Of a stretch of 64,000 nt of DNA, positions 50,240 to 60,541 are shown piece after piece; within the stretch, counting starts at the first letter, position 1; each line of letters opens with the position of its first letter. Made by a program: the position numbers and the translations under genes. The stretch lies in NCBI RefSeq assembly GCF_963676685.1, contig NC_092349.1, positions 18,042,001 through 18,106,000 of the forward strand. The letters run 5' to 3'. Origin of the DNA: Mytilus edulis. Its lineage: Eukaryota. Below the pieces are notes generated by a model. The model searched no databases, was not told where the DNA came from, and saw only the letters and a program-made list of their open reading frames with translations.

Positions 50240-53200
50240 AGTTTAAACATATTTATTCATCATCAATACAAATATATCATCATACAAAATACACAATAAT
50301 AATAGGATTCGGAAACAAGCAATATATAGCTTATATTAATCCGTTTCCTTGAAATACCAACTCCAGTTAACTATTACATAAATATAGCATGCAATGTTAC
50401 TATGATATGGAACAAGTATAAACTAAGTAACTATATAACAAAAAAGAAAGGAGAAAAAAAAATCATTTTAAAATAATGAAAATAAATACAACAAAAGAAG
50501 AAAAAAAAGTAAAAAAAAGAAAAAGAAAACTACACCGAAATACTACACACATGTTTAGATGAAATGCAACTTAGTGAGAATAGTGAATAACAATTTAACT
50601 TGTAAATCTCTTGCACTTTAGTAGGAATTTTTGTACTTTTCCAAAAATATCTTTATTTTGGTCTAAATTTAGAGCTTGTGACCCAAATAAAAGTAAATTC
50701 GTGTTTAGTGTGACTGGATAATTAATTGAGAAAATAATGTCATTACGCAATTCGTCATATTTTTTACAATGCAATAAGAAATGAGCTGTAGACTCGATCA
50801 AACCACACGAGCAGTTTGAAGAATCTACTAGATTTCGCTTGAACAAATGTTCATTTAGAGAACTACTATTCATCCTTAATCTGGCATGTAATACTTGACC
50901 CATTCTTGTTCCAGTGTAGTAAAAATTTGGGCATTTATTATTTGGGTTTTTTATACGACTTTTAAAAATGCTTAAAGACGTAGAATTTCTCGTTTGGTCT
51001 GGTAACTTATTCCACAATTTAATAGACGAAGGAAGGAAATAATCGGAGTAAAGATTGGTTCTTGTACGAATTTCCGAAGTATTTTGAGTCTGACGAGTGA
51101 AATGGTTATGTAAATTAACTATTTGATTTGGTACCAAGTTTTGTAAATAATATGGAGTTTCCTTATTCACCATTTTATAAAACATAGTGAGCTTGTGTTT
51201 TTCCCTTCTTTCTGAAAGTGTTTCCCAACCCGTTTCCTTATAAAGCATCTGTATCGAAGTTAATTTATTCCCACCTGTTACAATTCTCATAGCTTCAATT
51301 TGAACATTTTCCACTTTATTTATCAAGTATTGTGTTTGATTATCCCAAATGACATCCCCGTACTCTAATATTGGTCGAATGTATGAAAAATACATTTTTT
51401 CTAAAGTGAACCTATTCAGTACAAAACGCATCTTCCTAAGGATATTTATTCTATTGTATGCACGTTTAACTATATATTCAATGTGAATATTCCATAATCC
51501 ATTATTTGAAAAAATAATACCTAAATGTTTATGAGTAGAAACTTCTTGAAGATCAGTGTCATTCATTTTTAAGATCGGATGACTAGGTTTTATTGATTTT
51601 CTTGAAATAATCATGGTTTCTGTTTTTTGTGAGTTAAAGTTTACAAGCCACTTAGAGGACCACATATGAATTTTTTTCAGATCTCCATTAAGAATTTCAG
51701 CAGTATTTTCAGGGGTGTCTACTGTCAAATAAATACTAGTGTCGTCTGCAAATAATTTGATAGTAGCTTTAATATCAGATACTATATCATTAATAAAGAT
51801 AAGAAAAAGTAGCGGACCTAAAATTGAGCCCTGTGGGACACCTGCATTTATCTGTCTCCATGTTGAATTGCTTCCATTTAAGACCACCCGTTGACTCCTC
51901 TCAGATAGATAATCACAAAACCAATTAAGTAAATTTCCAGAAATTCCATATTGTTTTAGTTTTGATAATAGCCCTTTATGCCAAACCCGATCAAAAGCTT
52001 TGCTGATGTCACAAAAAACCACCCTAATCTCTTTTCCGTTATCTAAAGCTCTACCAAAGTAGTTAGAAATATCTATAAGTTGATTTATGGCAGAATCGCC
52101 TTTTGTAAAACCCGATTGATTAGGGGTGATTATCCTATTTTCAATAAGAAAGTTGTGTACATGTTTATAGACACATCGCTCCATGCACTTTGATAAAATA
52201 CTTAACAGCGAGATTGGTCTGTAATTTTTTACTTCATTACAATTATTACTCTTAAAAACAGGAGTTACATTTGCTTTTTTCCAATCTGCCGGAAATATAG
52301 CATTAGATAAAGATAAATTAAATAGTTTACAAAGTGGAAATTTTAGCTGTGATACAGCCTCTTTTAATAAAATTGGACTTATCAAGTCTGGACCTGAGGC
52401 CTTATTTGGATTTAAAATCTTTAAAACATCTTCGACCTCACTATCTTTAAGTGTAATGTCACTTAGTGTATAGTCTGGAACGGTTAAGTCAGGAATAACA
52501 GCTTCGGTATCATCTATGTTTGTCTGCATGGCAAAAAAGTTATTAAATTCATTCGCTTTATCGATATCATTAAAAATCAAGTTATCATTCTTAAGCAGGG
52601 GAGGAATACCCGAGTGAGTAGGTTTGATACCAGAAATTTGGTTACAAGTTTTCCACCAAGTTCTTGCCGATAGGTTACTATTTGACAATTTTTGTATAAG
52701 ATTATTTTGATATTGTTCGCGAGCTTGTCTTATTGAAGTGGTCACTTTATTTCTATTTTGTCTAAATTTATTCCAATCGGCGGGTCGGTTAAACCGCTTA
52801 GCTTTCGAGTGTAAACGGTTTTTCTTTCTTATGAGTTTTCTTAAATCGTTATTTAACCAAGCAGGGTCAGATTTACGAATAGTTACGATTCTATTGGGTA
52901 TGGAAATTTCAGCTGCATCAAGGATACGATTTGAAATTTCTGAATTAATTTTATCAACATCATTTAGAGCAAATATTCTATCCCAGTTGGTTTTGGTCAA
53001 TATGCGTCTATATTCATCAAAATCACCTTGCTTATATAACCATATTTTTCTTTTAAAAGACAAACAAGCAGGTTTTTGTGCATTAATAAACCCCATAACT
53101 GGACAGTGATATCTTATTTGGTCTAAAAGTGGTGGCCCTACTCCACAATACGGTACAAAATCGGAATTATCAGTTATGATTATGTCAATTAGCGAAGACG

Positions 53201-54409
53201 ATTGTTCCGTAAAATGAGTTGGATCTTCAATAAGTTGTTCTAGACTGTAATTTGTACAAATATTATGTATTTTGGAATTAGCCCCATTTAGCAAGTTATC
53301 GTTAAAATCTCCCGTTACAACAATTCGGTCACATTTTACATCATTTACGGCAGACTCAATTGAACTTTCAATTTTTGTCCATATTTCATTATTACTTTTA
53401 GGTGGCACGTAGAAGGTTCCGTACAATACATTTTTGTTATTTATTTTTAGCTGAATCCATATAACCTCAACACCGGGCACTTCCAAATCATCACGTCTCT
53501 TCGAATGAATATTTTCTTTAACATATACTATTACCCCTCCCCCACTTTTCATGGGACCCCTATCTTTCCTGAATGGTTTCTGGTAGTTTAAAAGTTCAAC
53601 TGAGTCTGACGAGTTATTACCGTTCAACCAAGTTTCAGTAAATGACAGTATATCAAAATCTTCGTACTCAGCAAGAATCAGATCAAGTTTTGGAAGTAAG
53701 CTTTGCACATTTAAATGTAAAAAGGAAATTGAAGTTGAAAACATTTCACGTATACTGTTACTCTCTGATACACTTTCGAAGCTAATATTATGATCGTCAT
53801 TATCATCAGATAGCGGATGAGGGCCAGGATTAGTTTCTATTCCGCCCATAATAAGAAGTAATTGAAGAACAAGTAACACAATTATAATTTGAACAACGTT
53901 ATCCGAAGACTGATCTCTATCCCCTAAACAATGCGATTGACTATCGTTTTCGATAAAACCGAAATGTGAACAATTTTTTATGCATTTGTTTAAAACAGAC
54001 AATTCAAGAGAAAACCAAATCATTGTGATAACTCTAAAAGTGTTAACCTTTTCTTTTGAAAAATACAACAAGTAGAAAAGATACACCTCATACGTATTAC
54101 AAAATAGATTATTTGTTTTACCACATATGTTATGTACAAAAAGACCAACTCTCATTCTATATTGATCGATTCCAATACCCATTATGTAACACCAGACTGG
54201 TCAACTAAGTAGTGAGAGTGGTCATACAAAAATACAAGAAGATAACAATACAAGTCTACACTGTCTATAAATAAACATTCAATAGAATTCAAAACATTCA
54301 AAACAGTTTGCATTTCATCGGTGTACAAAAATAAGCAATAAAAAAAGGAATTTAACTTATATACAAAAAATATGTTCCTGACCAGATCAAGGAACATACA
54401 ACTGGGACG
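50240..54409 (-). mobile_element. CR1/L2-group non-LTR retrotransposon (LINE), 4170 bp, with 11-bp target-site duplication
   Basis: TSD tgttcactctt at 50229-50239 and 54410-54420; intact ORF2; T-rich 3' UTR ending AATAAATATGTTTAAACT on the minus strand. Confidence 0.93.
50595..54182 (-). CDS. LINE ORF2: APE endonuclease plus reverse transcriptase (1195 aa)
   Basis: APE motifs LHLNVQSL, FTETWL, GDFND, SLIDII; RT motifs YRPISLLS, DISKAFDRVWH, GVPQGSILGPLLF, LFADD; C-terminal CSCG...HFLLHC. Confidence 0.96.
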   Translation of the reverse strand: MGIGIDQYRMRVGLFVHNICGKTNNLFCNTYEVYLFYLLYFSKEKVNTFRVITMIWFSLELSVLNKCIKNCSHFGFIENDSQSHCLGDRDQSSDNVVQIIIVLLVLQLLLIMGGIETNPGPHPLSDDNDDHNISFESVSESNSIREMFSTSISFLHLNVQSLLPKLDLILAEYEDFDILSFTETWLNGNNSSDSVELLNYQKPFRKDRGPMKSGGGVIVYVKENIHSKRRDDLEVPGVEVIWIQLKINNKNVLYGTFYVPPKSNNEIWTKIESSIESAVNDVKCDRIVVTGDFNDNLLNGANSKIHNICTNYSLEQLIEDPTHFTEQSSSLIDIIITDNSDFVPYCGVGPPLLDQIRYHCPVMGFINAQKPACLSFKRKIWLYKQGDFDEYRRILTKTNWDRIFALNDVDKINSEISNRILDAAEISIPNRIVTIRKSDPAWLNNDLRKLIRKKNRLHSKAKRFNRPADWNKFRQNRNKVTTSIRQAREQYQNNLIQKLSNSNLSARTWWKTCNQISGIKPTHSGIPPLLKNDNLIFNDIDKANEFNNFFAMQTNIDDTEAVIPDLTVPDYTLSDITLKDSEVEDVLKILNPNKASGPDLISPILLKEAVSQLKFPLCKLFNLSLSNAIFPADWKKANVTPVFKSNNCNEVKNYRPISLLSILSKCMERCVYKHVHNFLIENRIITPNQSGFTKGDSAINQLIDISNYFGRALDNGKEIRVVFCDISKAFDRVWHKGLLSKLKQYGISGNLLNWFCDYLSERSQRVVLNGSNSTWRQINAGVPQGSILGPLLFLIFINDIVSDIKATIKLFADDTSIYLTVDTPENTAEILNGDLKKIHMWSSKWLVNFNSQKTETMIISRKSIKPSHPILKMNDTDLQEVSTHKHLGIIFSNNGLWNIHIEYIVKRAYNRINILRKMRFVLNRFTLEKMYFSYIRPILEYGDVIWDNQTQYLINKVENVQIEAMRIVTGGNKLTSIQMLYKETGWETLSERREKHKLTMFYKMVNKETPYYLQNLVPNQIVNLHNHFTRQTQNTSEIRTRTNLYSDYFLPSSIKLWNKLPDQTRNSTSLSIFKSRIKNPNNKCPNFYYTGTRMGQVLHARLRMNSSSLNEHLFKRNLVDSSNCSCGLIESTAHFLLHCKKYDELRNDIIFSINYPVTLNTNLLLFGSQALNLDQNKDIFGKVQKFLLKCKRFTS

Positions 54410-54588
54410 TGTTCACTCTTTGTGCAAACCTATGTAAGATTTCATTAAAACTTGTATCATTATATTTTACAATTATCTATTAAGGTGAAATTGTATTTAA
54501 CATGTTTAATTAATTTACTGAATTATTACCATTTCCACTGTATTTGAACGAATCAAGATTAGTATCTTGGAAGACATCTTCGCTAGCC

Positions 54589-55100
54589 AAGGGTTACGAT
54601 CCACTCCCATTCTCTTCACCCTTGGTGGATTGAGATAAAATTTATGAGACACAACGTAAGGATTTTTATTGGTTGCAGTCGAAACTCAAAATCAAAAAGC
54701 GCCTATAACATGATCACGTGTAAATGTAGAAAGTGTTTGTAAACAATTGCCACGTGTTTATTGTGCAACAAGTCTTTACATTCTATAAACATACGACTAT
54801 ATTTAGTGACAGCTTCAATGTTTTTAATCAATTAGTAGAAGTTCCTGTGTATGTTTCATGCACAAATGCATGAATGTTGACGTATATTTTCGTTTCCGGC
54901 TTAATCAAGTGTGTAGAATCTAGACGCTAACGTGCTTTTACCTCCAAATTGAAGAGTCCAAGTGCGACCATTGTTCAAGAATAATGTATTCGGAATGGGC
55001 GTGATTTTAATCTTCCGATAGATGGCGTAACTTTTTTTCACAAATGTTGGCTTAATCTGCCAAGGGCGAAGAGAACGGGATCGAGTGGATCATAACCCTT
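54589..55100. mobile_element. About 510-bp MITE with imperfect TIRs
   Basis: aagggttacgatccactcccattctcttcacccttgg versus ccaagggcgaagagaacgggatcgagtggatcataaccctt. Confidence 0.65.
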
Positions 55101-55544
55101 TATATTTCATCCAAACGTTTTAAATGTGAAACAATTCAGATAATGTTTTCTTATGGATTATTTTCATGAGTGTATTTGAAATTTTCTACCAAACAGTACT
55201 GAAACCAAACATCTAGTCTAAATACACATAATCTACACACATAAATAGCTTTCAAATGCTGAAGTATTATGAGGTTTTATTTCATAAATACCTGTTAGTA
55301 AAGAAGAGCAAAAGACAAATAGTGTATTGAACTAGGCTATTGTACATTTCGTCAAATTCGGTCTGACAAGTGTACATGTGATTATGGATCATTTTATTTT
55401 TTTGTTTTTGTTTTTTTGTTGTTTTTTTATTTTAACAGTTTTACATGTTTATATTGCAACTGATCTTTTTGTTATTGAACCCTTTGTGAAAAGAAGAAAT
55501 GTAGGAAGGAAAAAATGCAAGACAATACATTGTAAATTTCTAGA

Positions 55545-55797
55545 TGTAAGTCAAGAAAGAGGCCGACTTAACTGTATCTGTAGTATCTTTTATCTCTAGT
55601 TCGATGGGATAAATGCGTTCCACATAGTCACCAAATTTTGAATTATTTAGTGAAAGAACATCATCTATATAGCGAAAAGTAGAGTAAAAGGATATTGCTA
55701 ACTTCTTATCTTTCTTCCTAAAAAGTTCCTGCATGAAGTCAGCCTCATAATAATAAAGAAACAAGTCGGCAAGTAGAGGGGCACAGTTTGTTCCCAA
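55545..55797 (-). mobile_element. Penelope-like reverse transcriptase fragment
   Basis: GTNCAPLLADLFLYYYEADFM...FRYIDDVLSLNN...YPIELEIKDTT. Confidence 0.8.
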
Positions 55798-55939
55798 CTC
55801 TGGCTAAAGCAATCTTTACCTTTGGGTCTAAAATCCTTACTGTTTTGACTGCTTGAAATATTTTACGAACAACTACAGTGACTGAAAAGAAAAAGGCTAC
55901 ATCATCGATTATGTTCTCACTTAATTGTCTTAAATAACA

Positions 55940-56360
55940 AATCAGTGATCCCCTGCAGATAACATGCCCACTATACCGGTGATTCCCTACAGATAACACG
56001 TGCACCAGATCGGTGATCCCCTGCAGATAACACGTGCACCAGATCGGTGATGCCATGCATATGACATGCCCACTAGGTCGGTGATTCCCTACAGATAGCA
56101 TGGCCATCAGAGCAGTTATCCCCTTCAGATAACATAACCACTAGTTTGGTGATCCCCTGCAGATAACATGCCCACCAGATCCGTGATCCTCTGCAGATTA
56201 CACGTCCACCAGATCGGGGATCCCCTGCAAATAACACGTCCACCAGATCAGTGATTACATGCAGATAACATGCCCATCAGATCGGTGATTCCCTACAGAT
56301 AACACGTCCACCAGATACGTCCACCAGCTCGGTGATCCCTTGTGTACTAAACGTCCACCA
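55940..56360. repeat. 34-bp minisatellite, about 12 diverged copies
   Basis: Unit cagatcggtgatcccctgcagataacacgtgcac repeated head to tail. Confidence 0.9.
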
Positions 56361-57468
56361 GTAGTGGCACATTTACAGAGGTTTAGTAGGACAGCTTATT
56401 CTCTTTAATGTAACATTATAGTAGGAATATGTTTTGATATACGTTGGTTGCTAATAATATTCATCTGGTAACCACACCAATTTTGCTTTAGTGTTATATA
56501 ATAGAGCAGTGATCCCATAGACACGAAACGTCCACCATTAGTGGCAAAAACTCACTCATTTTGTAGGATGGCTGTTTCTTTTTAATGTTACATTACAGTA
56601 GAAACATGTTTTGATGTACGTTTGGTGCTTATAACTGTTCATCTGGTACACACACCACATTTAAAATCACATTTTTATCATTAACTAATGAATTTAAACT
56701 TATTGCCATGTTAGTGAAAATGTTCCATAAAAGGCGGTTATCACAGTTTACCATACCTTTATATAAATTATTAAAAAAAAATTGAAAACGAAGTCGACCA
56801 TTTGAAAAATGAACTCATTCATCAGTCAAGAATATTAATTTCAATCTTAAAAATTGAGATGTATTGTTAAAGGCTATATGTTTTCCTCTAGATGTCTGTT
56901 TGGTTCTGTGTTGTTGTATTACTGTCAATTATATTTCTGACAAGTTTTCTTCTATTCATATGGATGTTTTTACTTATACGGTATTTTACTCTTTTGTCCC
57001 TTTCTTGGGACAAAAAGCATCAGAAATCATATGTATTGAAGCGTGTCAGATTATAGAATTTAAGCTAATAAACCTGTTGTAAACTTCTATATATATAATT
57101 ATGTTACATTCCTTTTGATTAGCTTCCTTACATCAAAATGAATAAAGATCTGACGTAATTATAAAGATTAAAGGGAAAATTTTCAAAGCAAGTATTTTGT
57201 TAAAAAAAAGCACATACAAAGTATAAAAACATGGAATGAATCTCAGAAACTTATTCATTATCGATTTTGTCATGACTTTACTGTACTATTATAGAAGGCA
57301 TTTAACTCGTTATCTGAGTTAATATCTTCCATAGGACACATATACAAAAGAACTTCGTCATCTTTATTTTTATCAAAGTTTGTGTTTGCAAGTTTATTAT
57401 ATGTCGGTGGATGTTTCAAGCACGATACCAGGGTAGATTGCAATATATATATATATATATATATATAA

Positions 57469-57875
57469 CTCGTCTAAACATCAACCCAACAATGTTAGAT
57501 CTGTAAATTTGCTTTCGCAAATTTTTGGTTCTTCCCTCGCCGGGATTCGAACCCATGCTACTGTGATATCGTGACACCAAATCGCCTGCACTGCAGCCGT
57601 CCCGCTAGACCACACGACCACCTGGGCTCTCAAAAAAAGAGCTTTCGGTGGGCATGTGTTACCTTTCCACGTCAGTTTTAATCTAGCGGCGTACTACAGT
57701 ACATGATATATAAGGCATGAAGATGTTATTGTTACAGATCAGCTGAATTATCTATAGTAAAGGATCCTACAAATTAATGTAAGATACAGTCACAGAAAAT
57801 AATTATATTCATAAGTACGTCTGAGTCAGTGACAACCCTACAACAGATGTATCCATCGGATCGCCATCAATGATT
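57469..57875 (-). mobile_element. tRNA-related (Pol III A/B box) repeat embedded in a (TA)n tract
   Basis: The minus strand of 57533-57627 has A-box-like TGGTCGTGTGGTCTAGC and B-box GGTTCGAATCCC; (TA)n on both flanks (about 57443-57467 and 57875-57889). Confidence 0.65.
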
Positions 57876-60541
57876 ATATATATATATATGTGGCAGTTAG
57901 GCAGTTTAATGTCCAAATAAAATGAAATAAACATGACAACACGTGCTCCCTATGGTAACACTCAAATTCATTAAAAGATGATTTACAAGAAAAACCTGAA
58001 AACTTAATTTATTGTATATTTTATTTTAAACATTTTTTGATTCGATCGTCACTGATGAGTCTGGTATCTATGATGAGTTTATTTCCATACATTTTGTTTT
58101 ACGATTCATTTCTGAAGCTGCTGTCATAAATGCTTAAAAAATCGTGTAAGGGAGACATATTTAAAATCAATCAGTAAGCGACTTGATATGATTTAAAAGC
58201 AATAATTTTTTTTAACAGTACACATTATGATGAATTTGTAAGAATGAAAACAAAATCACGCCCCTCTATGACCGCCAAAACATAATTATATTTCACCAAC
58301 AACAAAAAATATTGTACCAATTAAACGATTCGTATGAAGTTTTAGCTCAATATGTTCTAATTTGTTTTTAAAATTCATCATATGGGATTCGCCTTGTTTT
58401 TTAAGTACTTAAAAAGTTATAGAAATAAAATATATTTCAATTAATCTAATCAGATAAAAAAAATTACCTCAATGAACGTATTTGGATATCTATTCTCACA
58501 TATTGTAAGAAAATGTTCTAAAATATAATATGAACAACTGTGAACCCTATAAAAGGAGCTAGGACACTAAATATTTGTAAAGTATAAGAACATTTTTTTT
58601 AAAGATGATTCAATTAATTACCACTTCAATAAGTTAAGAACGAGATTCAAATAGATTTATGTAACAATACAAAATAGTTATGAATATCATTCAATATTTC
58701 ATGTTATTAATCAAATTTTTGTCAATAGTGTATCCATACAAGCTGATTAGTTTATAGAAAACAAATTTAGTCTTAGTTTTTAAGACCACATTATTTTGTG
58801 TCATCGTATTCTAATCTTAATCACGGTGTTCTACTTTTAACCCGAAAGTGTTTTTTCTACTTATTTAATTCCAGTGAAATTGAAATGATACTGCATTTTG
58901 ATCCAGATAGGGGAAATAACTCTTGCACTACTTTTTTATTCGGTTTTGCGGGAAAACCACCTTAATGTCGCTGTGTGACTCTTCACGAAAGCACTTAAGA
59001 ACTGATACTTATAAAAAGTAACAATTTAAAGCTACTAAAAATATTCTTTATATTCTTTCTGTTCATTAGGAAAGGTTGAATATTCTATTTTTTTTCTACA
59101 ATCCATGCCGTGAATGGCTTTAGAAATAAAAACATCATTTCTTATACTCGAAATAAAAGGATTTTTACTGACAACAAACAATACTTCAGATTCTTTTCTA
59201 TTCATCAATTTAAATAACATAGACATAGTACATGTATTTATTTCAGATTTTTTGTAATTGTTTGCAATTTGTAAATAATATATATGGTATTTATAATTTT
59301 CCATTTATCAAGTTTGTGGCGTTTTGAATGTATGTCTTTTTCCTTTAATCACGAGAGCTTGCAAAAACACGACTACTTTCTGTACCAAATCAGGAATACG
59401 GCAGTTTTTGTCCGTTCGTTCGATGTGTTTGAGCTTCCGATTTTGCCATTTGAGAAGTGACTTTTCGTTTTGAATTTTCCTCAGAGTTGGTATTTTTGTG
59501 TTATATAACACACCTATAACCTCTAGAAAAAACGTTTTTAATACTTAAATTCTTAAGCAAATATTCACGATTTTTAAAATTATTTTTTGCGTTATGGCTA
59601 CTTCCAAATGCACAATTGACAGGTCATTACTTAGGAGTTTGCCGCCATCTTAACTTTCGTTTTAGGAAACATAGTTCATCGAAGTGTAAACCAACAGAAA
59701 ACATCTAATTGATCCTCCAATGCAAGAACTTATAGATATGCAAATCATATCAGAATAATTAAATCTTAACCTATTATCGGTATACTATATTTCAATGCAT
59801 TAACAATTGAACCGTTTAAACAATGCAAATATCATGCTAATTTATTTCATTGCAGTACATTTTTTGGAGTTCAGAACGTACTTCCAACAAGTATGCAAAC
59901 ACATACTCCAAACAGATAGGCACTCCGGCTTCCTTCATCAATGAAACACTAAAATCCACGAAAAAGCACAACAGTGAGGTGCTAAAAGTGGAATTAAACA
60001 CCATGCAATCAAACAAGTAATCAACCGAACTGCCACATCATCAACAACTGCACTCTTTAATCAATCGAAAACAAAATAAACAGTTAATTGACGATATTAT
60101 TTTTCTAAAAAATATAATTCTCAGTTCGAGATTATTACTTGTTTCTTCGATAAAGAAAATATAATCAGAAGTTAAGATACCTAATCTCTGAAAAACTTCA
60201 GAGAAAGATTTTTATTACGAATACCAATGATGATAGAAATGGTCATGGATTTACATTTCATTAACAGACATATAACAGGCTCATCAACCATGATTAGACA
60301 TTATCCTCTGCAACTTTAAAAGAATTAATTATCAACACAAATTAGATGAAACCTAATTAGCCTTTTCAGTAGAGTTGCATGTTTCATCGTTAAAGTTCAT
60401 ATCGTGCACAATAAAGGCAACAAAAGTATACCGCTATACAATCTTACTAGAACATACATTATATATCGTCTGGCCAACTCTTATCAGTGACATACTTATC
60501 CATACTTTAAGACCAGTATATGATGTAACTTTTGTACTGAA

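Noticed and set aside
52738-53109. Plus-strand ORF within the LINE
   Set aside because: Antisense shadow of ORF2.
55940-56360. Possible CRISPR array
   Set aside because: Units are contiguous tandem repeats without unique spacers, there are no cas genes, and the context is eukaryotic.
57533-57627. Possible functional tRNA (Leu/Ser/Sec-like)
   Set aside because: A and B boxes are present, but I could not form a proper acceptor stem or anticodon arm; treated as a tRNA-derived repeat.
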